From an uncultured delta proteobacterium (GTDB lineage: Bacteria > Desulfobacterota > Binatia > UBA9968), in contig CAWDPO010000043.1 of assembly GCA_963804165.1 (NCBI GenBank), positions 288,001 through 352,000 on the forward strand: DNA of 64,000 nucleotides, read 5' to 3'. The notes below the pieces were generated by a model, which was not told the DNA's origin, ran no database searches, and saw only the letters and a program-made list of their open reading frames with translations. How positions within the stretch are numbered: the first letter of the stretch is position 1; every line of letters starts with the position of its first letter. The position numbers and the translations under genes were made by a program. This document shows positions 1-10,322 of the stretch, piece after piece.

Positions 1-1
1 A

Positions 2-61
2 TACGCGGTGGATCAAGCCAAACGGAAAAAGTTAAAACTGCGGCGCGTGACGGAGATCTGA
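2..61 (+). CDS. 3' end of an unidentified gene entering the window
   Basis: Open frame YAVDQAKRKKLKLRRVTEI ending in TGA at 59-61, followed by a REP-like hairpin. Confidence 0.4.
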   Translation, partial: YAVDQAKRKKLKLRRVTEI

Positions 62-96
62 GTCAATCGTTGATCGCACGTTGCAACATCGCATAT

Positions 97-120
97 GGGC
101 GACCGGCCGGTCGCCCCTAC
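97..120. repeat. REP-like palindrome, GTAGGGGC/GCCCCTAC family
   Basis: gggcgaccggccggtcgccc-ctac perfect hairpin between convergent genes. Confidence 0.75.
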
Positions 121-146
121 TGAAAATTTTGCCAGTCCCGCGGCAT

Positions 147-833
147 TCAGGGCTTCACAAACTTAAGCACGAAGCGATCGCTCTTATCGCGGATCTTGAC
201 GACGTTGAAATCCCGCGTATCGTCAGCGCGGCTGAGCATCGTGCCTTCTTTATCTAGACGAAATCCGACGCCGGTCGCTTCCTTGATCACGAGTGTCTTG
301 TCCATGCGGTGCAGCGTCTTCGCCACCGTGTCGCCGGCGCCATCTTGCGCCGAGTGGTCGACGACGCCGTAGGCTCCGCCTTTTTTGAGGGAATTGAAAA
401 TCCGCCGATTCATGGGCGCGCGAGCGTCGGGTGGAAGCTCGTGGTAATCGAGGTGAATGAAAACGAAATCCAACGAGCCGTCTTGCGGCAAGGCGATCTT
501 GTCAAACGGGCCGTCGATGATCCGCACATTCGCCATGCTCGGCTGCTTCACGCGCTCGTGCAACTCGGCACGCGCGGCCTGGTTAGCCGCATAAACGACT
601 CCCTCGGCGCCGACCAATTGTGAAAGGATTGCCGTGTAATAGCCGCGGCTGGCGAAAATATCGGCGACTCTCTGGCCGGTTTTTACTTCATAAAACGCCA
701 TCACCTCCTGCGGCTTGCGCACCGGATCAATCGCCCGTTCCGCTTCGGGACGGCTCATGTTGGTGAGAATGACATCGTAATTCGGCGTCGAAGTCGCGGC
801 GCAACCGACGAAAATCGACACGGCAAGTGCCAT
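147..833 (-). CDS. Predicted class I SAM-dependent methyltransferase-fold lipoprotein (COG4798-like), copy 2
   Basis: Lipobox-like FVGC; motif VADIFASRGYYT; LDFVFIHLDYHE; C-terminal DRFVLKFVKP. The true start may be the ATG at 871 (GAGGAG RBS) with a frameshift. Confidence 0.75.
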   Translation of the reverse strand: MALAVSIFVGCAATSTPNYDVILTNMSRPEAERAIDPVRKPQEVMAFYEVKTGQRVADIFASRGYYTAILSQLVGAEGVVYAANQAARAELHERVKQPSMANVRIIDGPFDKIALPQDGSLDFVFIHLDYHELPPDARAPMNRRIFNSLKKGGAYGVVDHSAQDGAGDTVAKTLHRMDKTLVIKEATGVGFRLDKEGTMLSRADDTRDFNVVKIRDKSDRFVLKFVKP

Positions 834-903
834 CGGAATGAATTTAGCGTAATTGCACAGCCGGTAGCCATCAAAATCTCCTCTGTTGGACTTCTTAGCG
901 GCC

Positions 904-1616
904 TCACGGTTTCTGAACGCCAGCACGAAGCGATCGTCCTTGTTGCGCTCCTTGTTGACATTGAAGTCGCGCTGGTCTTCGGGCTTGCGCAGCATGTTTC
1001 CTTCTTTAGCGAGCTTGAAACCGGCATCGCCAACTTCCTTGATGACCTGAAGCTTGTCGATGCGATGCAGCGTTTTGTTCGCTTCGTTGCCCGAACCGTC
1101 TTTTGCCGAGTGATCGACCACGGCGTAGATTCCACCGCGTTTGAGCGAGGCCAAAATTCGCTTGTTCATCGGCGCGCGCACCTCCGGCGCGACGTCATGG
1201 TAGTTGAGATGGATGAGGACGAAATCGAGCGAAGCGTCCTGCGGCAGCGCGAGCTTGTCGAACGGCCCGTCGGCAACTCTGACATTGGTGAACTTCGCCG
1301 ACTTCCAGCGCTGATTGACTTCGTCGCGGGGATTTGGATTTGCCGTGTACACGACCCCCTGCGGTCCGACGACCTGGGACAGGATCGCCGTGTAATAACC
1401 CCGCCCGGTCCAAAGGTCCGCGACTTTGTCGCCGTTTTTGACACCGTAGAACGCCAGCACCTCGTCGGGCTTGCGCGCCGCGTCGAGCTCGCGCTCGTTC
1501 GCCGGTCGGTCCGGATCGTTGACCACCGCCTTATAATCTGGCGTCGACACAGAGCACGCCGACATCGCCAGGGACAAAACGATCCAACCGATCTTGTGCA
1601 AAGTGCAGTGCTTCAT
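904..1616 (-). CDS. Predicted class I SAM-dependent methyltransferase-fold lipoprotein (COG4798-like), copy 1
   Basis: MKHCTLHKIGWIVLSLAMSAC lipobox; VADLWTGRGYYT; restoring one base near 912 gives DRFVLAF-x-KP-stop, matching the end of copy 2. Confidence 0.75.
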
Positions 1617-1715
1617 GGAGACTCTCCTTTGAGTCGAATGATGGCCCAACTTTAATGTTTGCAAAATGAAATGCAAGCTTGAAAAAGAAACGGATCTATC
1701 AAAAAGTTCGGAATG

Positions 1716-1811
1716 CTCGAGGACCTCAGCATGAACGGAAAAACTTCAATGCCATCGATCTGCCTCCGTTCGTCCTGAGCACGGTCGAAGGACTCTTAAC
1801 GGTTTTTCAGT
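1716..1811. repeat. REP/MITE-like element (CTCAGcatGAACGG ... CCGTTCgtcCTGAG..gtCGAAGG family)
   Basis: Inverted arms; same body as the element nested at 28443-28566. Confidence 0.65.
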
Positions 1812-1865
1812 GCCGCTGCTAATTCACTGCGGGGCATTTGCTCACTGCGCCCAGATCAAAAATTC

Positions 1866-2642
1866 TTACGGGCGGCCATGTTCCATCGCATGTTCAACAT
1901 CGTACTTCAGCAGATTCCAAATCTTATCCATGCAATTGGCAAAATCGGGATCTTTCATGCTTTTGAAGGTCCGCGGCCGCGGCACATCGACAGTGACCAC
2001 GCTCTTGATGAGCCCGGGACGCGCGCTCATCACCGCGATGCGGTCGCAGAGCATCACCGCTTCGTCGAGGTTGTGCGTGACGAGAATGACGGTCTTTTTG
2101 TCGCGCTCCCAGATGCGCAACAGCTCTTCGCGCATGAGCATCCGGGTTTGCGCGTCCAAGCTCGCGAACGGCTCGTCCATCAAAATAACTTCAGGATCGT
2201 TGGCCAAGGCGCGCGCGATGGCAACTTTTTGTTTCATGCCTCCCGAGAGCTCGTGTGGCTGGGCGCCGGCGAAATCGAGCAAGCGCACTACTTCGAGAAA
2301 AAAATGGCTGATGCGCTTATAAACCGACGGCTGCTCGTGGCGAAACTCCGCTCCCAAGGGCACGTTCTCCTCGACGTTACGCCACGGCATCAGCGCCGAT
2401 TCTTGAAAGACCATGGACACCATGGACTTGGTTCTTTGAGTGCCGAGAAATTCGACCGACCCCTGGCTCGCTTGTTCCAGGCCGGCAATGATATGCAGTA
2501 ACGTCGTCTTGCCGCAGCCCGTCGGTCCGATGATGCCAAAGAACTCCTGATCGCGCACCTCCAGATTTATCCCGCCCAAGGCGCGGATCGCCCCTTGGCC
2601 GGAAACAAATTCTTTGGTCACGCCGTGAACGACAACTTTCAT
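1866..2642 (-). CDS. ABC transporter ATP-binding protein, NitT/TauT family
   Basis: Walker A GPTGCGKT, signature LSGGM, Walker B ILMDEPF, H-loop VTH. Confidence 0.95.
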   Translation of the reverse strand: MKVVVHGVTKEFVSGQGAIRALGGINLEVRDQEFFGIIGPTGCGKTTLLHIIAGLEQASQGSVEFLGTQRTKSMVSMVFQESALMPWRNVEENVPLGAEFRHEQPSVYKRISHFFLEVVRLLDFAGAQPHELSGGMKQKVAIARALANDPEVILMDEPFASLDAQTRMLMREELLRIWERDKKTVILVTHNLDEAVMLCDRIAVMSARPGLIKSVVTVDVPRPRTFKSMKDPDFANCMDKIWNLLKYDVEHAMEHGRP

Positions 2643-2682
2643 CGTTGTTTCGACTGCGCCCTTTCAGCTGCCTGACACCAGA

Positions 2683-2731
2683 GCTTGTTCGACGATTTGA
2701 ACGGCTTGAACGTTTTGAACGACTTGAACCA
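2683..2731. repeat. Degenerate 9-mer tandem repeat (TTGAACnnn)
   Basis: ttgaacggc ttgaacgtt ttgaacgac ttgaacc. Confidence 0.8.
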
Positions 2732-2751
2732 ATGGCATCAGCTCAAAGCGC

Positions 2752-3780
2752 CTACCGCCCGCCGAAGATCTCGTGAAACATCTTGGCGTAGCGCTCGAAA
2801 TTTTCCAGGACTTCGGCCGGCGCGAAAGCGGGCTGGATGTTTTCACTCAGGCGCGCTTGTCCCGGCGGCGTGTCGATGCGATCGGGAATACGGTTCATGC
2901 CACGGATCACCTCTTGACCGCGCTTGGAAAGCACGAAGTCGATAAACAAACGCGCTGCGTTCGGATGCGGCGCCTTCGCGGCGATGCCGGTGGGGTGAAT
3001 ATTGGCAAAGACCGGATTCAAATATACCCATTCCACCGGCGCGCCGGCCGGTTTTAGGACTTCAAAGGTCTGCGAGTATCCGGTTAAAGCGCCTTTGAAC
3101 TCGCCGGCGGCGACGAGCTGAGCCAGCAGATTTCGACCGGTGCGCAGCTCCGTCTGCTTGGCCAGTTCGCGCATGTACGTCATGCCCTTTTCCTCGCCCA
3201 TCGCTTTGAGCGTCGTGCCAAACCACTCATAGGCGCGGCCTTCCATAGCGATCTGCCCCTTCCACTCGGGCTTCAATAGATCGTTGAAAGACTTCGGCAC
3301 GCTCGTCTTCGCCACCGTGCGCGTGTTGTAGCCAAACGCGCCATAGTTCGTGTAAATCGATGTCCAGTTCGCTTGCGAGTCTTTGTAACCCTCGCGAAAA
3401 AACTTGCGCTCCGGCGAATCGTAAGACGCGAACAGCCCGCGTTTTTTTATATTATGACCGTAGAAACTTGTCGTCACCATCACGTCGCAAAGATTTTGCC
3501 CGGCGCGGTTTTCGCTTAAGAATCGCTCCATCAGGGCAGAGTCATTGCTGCGATAGTACGCCGCGTCGATTTTCGGATAAACTTGTTTGAATCCGTCCAG
3601 CAAAGTCTTCGAGTCCGCAGCTGTGAACGTCGCGTACATCATCAGCTTGCCTTCGGCTTCAGCGCGCTCGCGAACCTCCGCCGCTTGACTTAGAGACGCC
3701 AACAGTAATATGGCCAGCAGTCCGGTTGAGATTTCTGCACCGAACCTTGAACCTTGAACGTGGAACCTTGAACTGAACAT
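2752..3780 (-). CDS. ABC transporter extracellular solute-binding protein (Fe3+/polyamine/thiamine-type fold)
   Basis: Signal peptide; PKSFNDLLKPEWKG; APHPNAARLFIDFVLS; start overlaps the upstream stop codon. Confidence 0.9.
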   Translation of the reverse strand: MFSSRFHVQGSRFGAEISTGLLAILLLASLSQAAEVRERAEAEGKLMMYATFTAADSKTLLDGFKQVYPKIDAAYYRSNDSALMERFLSENRAGQNLCDVMVTTSFYGHNIKKRGLFASYDSPERKFFREGYKDSQANWTSIYTNYGAFGYNTRTVAKTSVPKSFNDLLKPEWKGQIAMEGRAYEWFGTTLKAMGEEKGMTYMRELAKQTELRTGRNLLAQLVAAGEFKGALTGYSQTFEVLKPAGAPVEWVYLNPVFANIHPTGIAAKAPHPNAARLFIDFVLSKRGQEVIRGMNRIPDRIDTPPGQARLSENIQPAFAPAEVLENFERYAKMFHEIFGGR

Positions 3781-4503
3781 CACGGCATCTCCGCCAACAG
3801 TCTCCCATAGCCCGTGACCGGCTCATTCAGATGAAGTATTTTCTTCGTCGCCCAAACTTGCGCCGGTATACTCGAAAGCACCGTTGTCTTCAGATCCTTC
3901 TCGAGCAATTCAATCACCGGCAAATTATGCCAGCCCGCGCCGAGCATGTAGATGCCATCCGCCGGCCCGTGTTCGAGAAACACTTTCTTGGCGAAATTGT
4001 AGATCGCCTCGGGCGCGAGCTTGCCCGCGTCTTTGAACGGCACATCGATGCCTTTCATCGCTTTGACGTCGAAGCCGTCGTCTTGAAGAAATTTTGCGAA
4101 GCGCTGCGTTCATGTCGTCTTGAAAGTAAGTGATGCCGACCAGTTTTTTCATTCCCAGCGCGCGAAAAGCATCGACCTGAGCGATCGTCGCCACAGTGAC
4201 GGGAATTTTGTACTTCTTCGTCAGCGAATCGGCGATCGCGCGGTCCGCGCCATGGCCGCGCACCATCGTCGGCGGCGCGCCCATGATCATCACGACGTCT
4301 GCGCCCAATTCCGCCAAGCGCGCCACTTTCTTTTCCGCAACCGTTAAAGCCTCTTGCAGCTCTTGTTCATTCCCCGCGCGAATACCGGCATGAGCCGGAA
4401 TAAAACCAACGCCCTCCGGCATGAGCTTAATAAAACTCTCCATCGACCCCGGCCGATAAGTAGGCTTGACCAAACCGACGATTCCCCGCGCACCGTAGTA
4501 CAT
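3780..4503 (-). CDS. Maleate isomerase/arylmalonate decarboxylase (Asp/Glu racemase superfamily)-like protein, one frameshift near 4108
   Basis: Two ORF pieces join in frame after removing one base; family-like N-terminus GARGIVGLVKP and C-terminus GYGRLL. Confidence 0.75.
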
Positions 4504-4993
4504 ATTCTCTCCGCTCGCTTTCTACTCTGATTACCCGCTCGAATATCCTAGTCAAAGCATCTTATCAAGCGGCGAGTCGCACGATTGTGAGTCAGTGAGT
4601 TAGCGAGCGAGGTAAACCTTCATATCGGTGAAAGTTTCCGAATTATGAATAGTTTTCCGATCGCGCTGAGCTTGTCGAAGCGCCCGATTTTGTTTTGAAT
4701 AACCTGCAACAAGTCAGAACGCGCCGCGGATGCCATTTGGCGATGCGGTAGCGAAGCCGGCGACATTGTGCAGTTTGCCCATAAAGAGGAATCGTCCGCT
4801 TGGGGCGCCGCCACTCCCCGCAATTCGGCGCCCACTTTTTCGCCTGCGCTGATATCAACTTTCGCGCGGGTACTCTTCTGAACTCCGCGATACGTGTTTT
4901 TGCGAATGGGTAATCGCAGTGCGCGCAAGCGGGCTCGCGCGCTCGGCCTGGTCGTGTCACGGCAAGACTTGCGCCGCTATTTCCTTTACCCAC

Positions 4994-5461
4994 CTACCCT
5001 TTGTGCTCGGACGCCGCGCGCTTTTGCATCTCCTCAGGCGACACGTCTTCTATGTGCGTCGCGAAAGACCACGAATGGCCGAACGGGTCTTCCAACGTTG
5101 CCATTCGGTCGCCGTAAAACTGATCCGCCGGCGGCCTTAGTACTTTCGCGCCAGCGGCCTCGGCCTGTTTGACCAGCGCGTCAACGTCATTCACGTAAAC
5201 GACAATATTCACGGGGGTGCCGCCAATCGACTGCGGGCTGCGAAAGTTCATCTCCGGGTGCTCGTCCGCAAGCATGATCGGTGCATCCCCGATTCTGAGC
5301 TCGGCATGGCCGAGCTTGCCACCCGGCATCGGCATGCGCATCACTTCTCGCGCACCGAACGCCTTCTTGTAGAACTCGATGGCACCCGTTCCGTCTTTCA
5401 CACAAAGGTAGGGCGTCGCACCGCGGTATTCATCAGGGATAGGTTTTACTTTGGTCGTCAT
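4994..5461 (-). CDS. VOC/PhnB-family glyoxalase-like protein
   Basis: TPYLCV..AIEFYKKAFGA, HAELRIGD, QFYGDR..LEDPFGHSW. Confidence 0.92.
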   Translation of the reverse strand: MTTKVKPIPDEYRGATPYLCVKDGTGAIEFYKKAFGAREVMRMPMPGGKLGHAELRIGDAPIMLADEHPEMNFRSPQSIGGTPVNIVVYVNDVDALVKQAEAAGAKVLRPPADQFYGDRMATLEDPFGHSWSFATHIEDVSPEEMQKRAASEHKG

Positions 5462-5623
5462 AACTCTTTCACCTTTCTATTGGCCTATTTTGTGGGCTAC
5501 TAAAAAGCAGGTTGCCTGATTTTCAGTGTAGCCCCATTGAAGCCCGACTTCGAGTGTACCGAGTCGTGAAAGTCTGAAGGCGATCGTTGACCCGGTGAAG
5601 ATCAACAGTTGGCCATCGCCGCC

Positions 5624-6694
5624 TTATCGCGGCGGTAGCGGATTTGGCCCGGCGATCTTGGTTAACAATTCGACCACCTCGGGGTTGCGCGGCAGTTCTT
5701 TGATGCCTTTGTCCATCACCGCTGGGAAAACGATTTCAGCGTCGTCGCCGACCATTTTCTTGAACACCGCGGGAAATTCGGGGTCTTTGAAAACCTTGGT
5801 CATGGCGTCTTGAAGCAATGTCACGCGTTCGCGCGCCGTGCCTGGCGGCAGGATAAAGGGCGAGCCGGACAGTCGAAAGCCGCGTTGCAATTGCACGAGC
5901 TGGCGCTCTTTTTCGGTTTTCGCAAAACTCTCCAACTCGGGCAGATTGGCAAAGCGCGGGTGTTTATCGCCCGGGGGGATCTCCAACACGACGTGAAAAT
6001 CCATCAGCCCCTTGTCCAACCATTCGGGAAAACGCTGCAGCACCACATGCGACTGGTTGAAGCGGGCGTCGAGTTCGCCGCGCAGCACGGCGGCATCGAT
6101 CTCAGGGCTCGAATAGCCGGTGACAAAGCGCGCTTCTTTCAGCGGCAGCAGATAGGCGGCGAGCCGCCCTAAATTGTAGTTACTGTGGCCCACCGATTGC
6201 GCGCCGATGCGGATGCCCGTTGCGGCTCGGAGTTTTTCTAAATTATTCGTACCGGCCTCTTTGCGGGTATAGAAAACATAATGGCCGCCGGCGTCGGAAG
6301 CGCCCAGGTAATGAAATTTTTCGAATTGATATTTGACGCCGGCGGCGCCCAAGATTGCGTTGCCGAGCATTCCAGAGCTAACGCTGCCAATGGTAAGGCC
6401 GTCGGGCTTGGCGACCGCATACATGTGGTTTGCCGCTCGGAGTCCGCCGCCGCCGGCCATGAACTCGTGAATGATGGTCGGGTTACCGGGAATATATTTT
6501 TGCAAAAATTGCGTCACCGTGCGGGCCCGCAGATCGCCGGTGCCCCCGGGCTCCCGGCCCTGTAGGACGGTGATGGTTTTCCCCTGGTAGAATGGCGCTT
6601 GGGCGAATGCCCCAGGTGTCTGCCATTGCAATCCAAAGAAGAGCAAAAGCGCGATTAAGATTGCCCGAACAACAGCAGGAATAAGATTTCCCAA
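5624..6694 (-). CDS. Tripartite tricarboxylate transporter substrate-binding protein (TctC/Bug)
   Basis: FYQGKTIT, PGGTGD, AKPDGLTIG, VTGY motifs; signal peptide. Confidence 0.9.
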   Translation of the reverse strand: MGNLIPAVVRAILIALLLFFGLQWQTPGAFAQAPFYQGKTITVLQGREPGGTGDLRARTVTQFLQKYIPGNPTIIHEFMAGGGGLRAANHMYAVAKPDGLTIGSVSSGMLGNAILGAAGVKYQFEKFHYLGASDAGGHYVFYTRKEAGTNNLEKLRAATGIRIGAQSVGHSNYNLGRLAAYLLPLKEARFVTGYSSPEIDAAVLRGELDARFNQSHVVLQRFPEWLDKGLMDFHVVLEIPPGDKHPRFANLPELESFAKTEKERQLVQLQRGFRLSGSPFILPPGTARERVTLLQDAMTKVFKDPEFPAVFKKMVGDDAEIVFPAVMDKGIKELPRNPEVVELLTKIAGPNPLPPR

Positions 6695-6764
6695 TGAGTA
6701 AGATTGCGGTTCATCCGTGTTTCCTCCACGCGCATCGAAAATTGGCTTGATCGGTAATTTCAGT

Positions 6765-9700
6765 TTAAAAGTTTAAGGCGTTGCCGAGCACAGCCGCGGG
6801 CTGGCAACTCGGGACAGTCATCGGAGTCAATGCTGGATATAACGAGACGGTATTTGCCCGTCTGCGACAGCGGCATCTGCGAGGCCCGGCAAACTTCGAA
6901 GTCGTGTTCGCCGCGCCCTTTCGGTTTAGCAGCCTTTGGAATTCGTGTCGTATCGCAACGTCGAGATTTTCTGCACTGACGTAAATGATGCGTAGGCGAT
7001 CCGGGCGCAGCGAAACAAACTGGATTTTCTCCAAGCCAAAAACATAAAACCCGCTCAGGGCATGGGCGTCGATCTCACCTTCCCTGCCTTCGCGCAACAG
7101 GATCGGCAATGCTTCTGACATCCGTCCGCCAATGTCTTTGATCGTTTTCAGTGGCGAAGAAAGATTGGCGGCGCCGCATAAGAGGTAATCGCCCAATTCA
7201 TAGCGAATCACCGGCAAGGTCGAATTGTAAAATTGGTCAGCACCGCTGGCGCCTGGTTGGCCCGACCGAAATTGGCTACATCCAAGATTTCGACAACATT
7301 TAACTCGTCGAAAACGCTCATTTCGCTTTGGCCATTTGTTTCTAGGCAATATACTTCGACTCCGACGAGCTGTATAAATCGAACACCGGTGCAGCCCAAG
7401 CTCGGCCGATCTGGCTTTCCATCGCATGGGTGAGCTTGTCGCCACCGACGAAGATGCGTTTGGGAGATATTCGCAGCTTTCCCAGGAGAGCTAAACGGGA
7501 CAACTCAATGAATACTACCGGCGTAGCCGTAAAGTTGGTGCGGTTGGAATTCGTTGAGCCGATTGACCACATCTTCCTCGGGGTCGAGAACAGAGAGAAT
7601 GCACGGCTCGAACACGCTTCGCGGCATACGCACCGCGCCGGACACACGTTGAAATTGCCCTGCGACACGAGATAAAAGGCGGCTTTCGATTTCCTGTGCC
7701 TTCGCTCGCCGGTTCCGGCAGTCGACTCGCCATGGTGCTTGCCGCGAGCTGCCAATCGCGGCGCGCGCAAACAAATATACCTTTGGCTCCTGACGAGCCC
7801 GACGAGTGACAAACGATAAAGTTATCGAGATAATCCAACCCTGGATCGCCGACTTCGCTGACCCAGCGAGAGAGATCGCTCTTGCTCAACCTGGGGTCAG
7901 TCACCGCCTGGTCGAAATTGTCCATCAACAGTTGGCGATCGATGATCGGCAGATCTTCTGGCCGGAGCGTATCGAGATCGTGCTCCGCGACTCCCGCGGC
8001 TGAGTAGAGCTCCCGGTAAAATCGCGATTTCTGCCACACATGGCGGAGTAACCCTGTAAACGATTCGCGTTGCCTGCGCAGAACCGCTGCACGGCGCTGA
8101 GCGATCTCGTCGTCGACAGTTGCGGTTGCATCGAGGGGCGTCGTCTTCTCTCGGATCAAACGACGATGCTTTATGGTCGCGCCTTCGTCCGCGCCGGGTT
8201 GACTGCTCTGCGCTTCATCCTCCGTCATCGCTTCAATCTCACTCAATACACGATCAATCACTTCGGCGCTTGCGCGGTTGGTCTGATTCTGCTCGATGAT
8301 CATCCCCATCCCCGCTACCGTCGGCGCATCGAAAAGGGTTTTGATCGGTAGCTGCAGTTGAAAGGTTCGACGCACCCGGGACATTATCCGAGTAGCTACC
8401 AGAGAATTCCCACCGAGCTCGAAAAAATCGTCGTGAATACCGACCTGATCTAAACCAAGCATTTCAGACCAGAGTTGTGACAACTCTTTTTCCGTGTTTG
8501 TCGCGGCAGGAGCGAACGGAACATCCAACGTTGGCCGTTCACCGGACACCGACGGAAGATGGAGGCGATCAATTTTGCCGTTGGGAGTTTTGGGGATTTC
8601 GCCGATCGCAACAAACACCGCGGGAATCATGTAGTCCGGAATCACCCGAGCGAGCTGCTTCCGTAGCTTGGTCACTGTGATGACCCGATGAGATGCCGGC
8701 ACGAAGTACCGATCAGCCGCATCTCCTCAAGGGCGTCTTCGCGGCCGACAACGACCGCATCACGGATGCCTTCGATCGCCGAAGCGCTGCTTCAATCTCG
8801 GCAGCGTCAATCCGAAACCCGCGAATTTTCATTTGGAAATCATGACGGCCCGCATGTGTAAGGCATCCGTCTTGCGCCCTGACGCCGAGGTCGCCGGTTC
8901 GGTAGATTCGCGCGGCACTGCCCAGAGGATCGGGACGAAATACTGCATTTGTACGATCGAGATCGCGCCAATAACCAAGCGCGATATAGCACTCCTCACA
9001 CAGATCTCACCCACTTACCGTAGCAACCTCCCGACCGCTTTCGTCGAGCAACATTACCTCTTTATCTTGGAGCGGATAACCGATGGGCAACTTGCCTTCT
9101 TCAACTGGCGAGCCATGCGGAACATAATTCCAACACACCATAAAGCATTCCGTCGGTCAACGTGCACGAGCACGGAAGGAGGAAAAATGCTGATTGAAAA
9201 AATCGACATCCCTCGCGTCATCGGCTCGCCAGACCGAAGAATTCTGATCGCCGGAAAAGTCTACTCGCCGGGCAGGGTTACCATGAAATTCGAAAGGTCG
9301 TCGGCAGAGAACGCATGAGGGTGATTTTGTTGGAAAGTAGCCAGTCCGCCAGTTCACCGAACCCCTTTTCTTTTAGATCGTAAGGAAAAATCGGCCGAGC
9401 CGTTGAGGAAGGCTCCGTAAATCGTCCGCACCGAGTTAGCGAAGCTCATCGAAGTATAGAGCAGCCACCGGTCATGCCTGCTGATGCCCCATGCATTGGT
9501 GAGATTCCGCGCTTCGACGAGAACGTTTTTGTGCGAGTGCATCACTCCTTTCGGCTGCCCAGTCGAACCAGAAGTATAGAGAAGCATGGCCAATGCATTG
9601 GGTGAGATATTCAAGCCCAAATTCTCATTCGAAAGGCCATCATCCAAGTGGTCCAAATTGACTGTTTCCTTCCGCCCTTCAGACAATTGAGCGACGATCG

Positions 9701-10184
9701 GAAAATATTTAGTATCGTAATAACAAGGACTGGACGGAATCGGCGAGCATATAAGCCAAGCGGTCATAGGATAGCTTGGATCCAAAACCAGATAGAATTT
9801 CCCGGTTTTCAACACTCCAAGCATTGCCGCCAGCACCCCGGCACGATGATCGAACATAAGCGCGACGGCTTCGACACGGTCGCCCCGGAGCGCCAGTATT
9901 TTTCGCGCCAATCTGTTGGCGATTTCATTGAGCCCATCATATGTGAACGAAACATCCTCCGTCTTGATAGCCAATCGGCCGCCGCACAGGCGGACCTGCT
10001 TCTCGAACCGATCCGGAATCGACTGTTCGATCTCTTCATCCGTAAACGGAATGTATGGATAAATCGGGCTTATCTCTGCTGCCTGAAGCGAATTCTGACA
10101 GTTCACTCTATATTCCTCCGCCAGAATAACTGGATCACTTAATGAGTTGACGGGTAAAAGCGCGGATCGACGCTCGTTCTCCAC
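6765..10184 (-). CDS. NRPS-like protein: adenylation domain, PCP, phenylacetate-CoA-ligase (PaaK/CapK)-like domain; multiply frameshifted
   Basis: A-domain motifs YTSGSTGQPKG, YRTGDLG, KIRGFRI, PKTPNGKIDR; PCP FFELGGNSL; then HSSGSSG, DLYSSSE, PVIRYELGD of the PaaK family, spread over ORF pieces 9354-10184, 7515-8702, 7342-7812 and 6765-7445. Confidence 0.75.
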
Positions 10185-10322
10185 CTCACCGTTGACTATC
10201 GTCGTCTCAATGCCGACCGCTTTTTGAATGAAGCCCTTCTCGTTGGGGGCAGGTCTTGCACCATTTCCAGATCGGAGCAGTTTAGGGTCAACCTATACGT
10301 GAGATAGTTGGCCCACCAAATC

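Noticed and set aside
147-1676. 509-aa double-methyltransferase fusion
   Set aside because: One added base near 912 restores a KP-stop ending like the paralog's, followed by an RBS and a second lipoprotein signal; most likely two genes joined by a sequencing error
4620-4993. Short ORFs (including a CAHC...PNCG peptide) or an ncRNA in the 490-bp gap
   Set aside because: No recognisable domain, RBS or RNA motif; part of the gap is a repeat fragment
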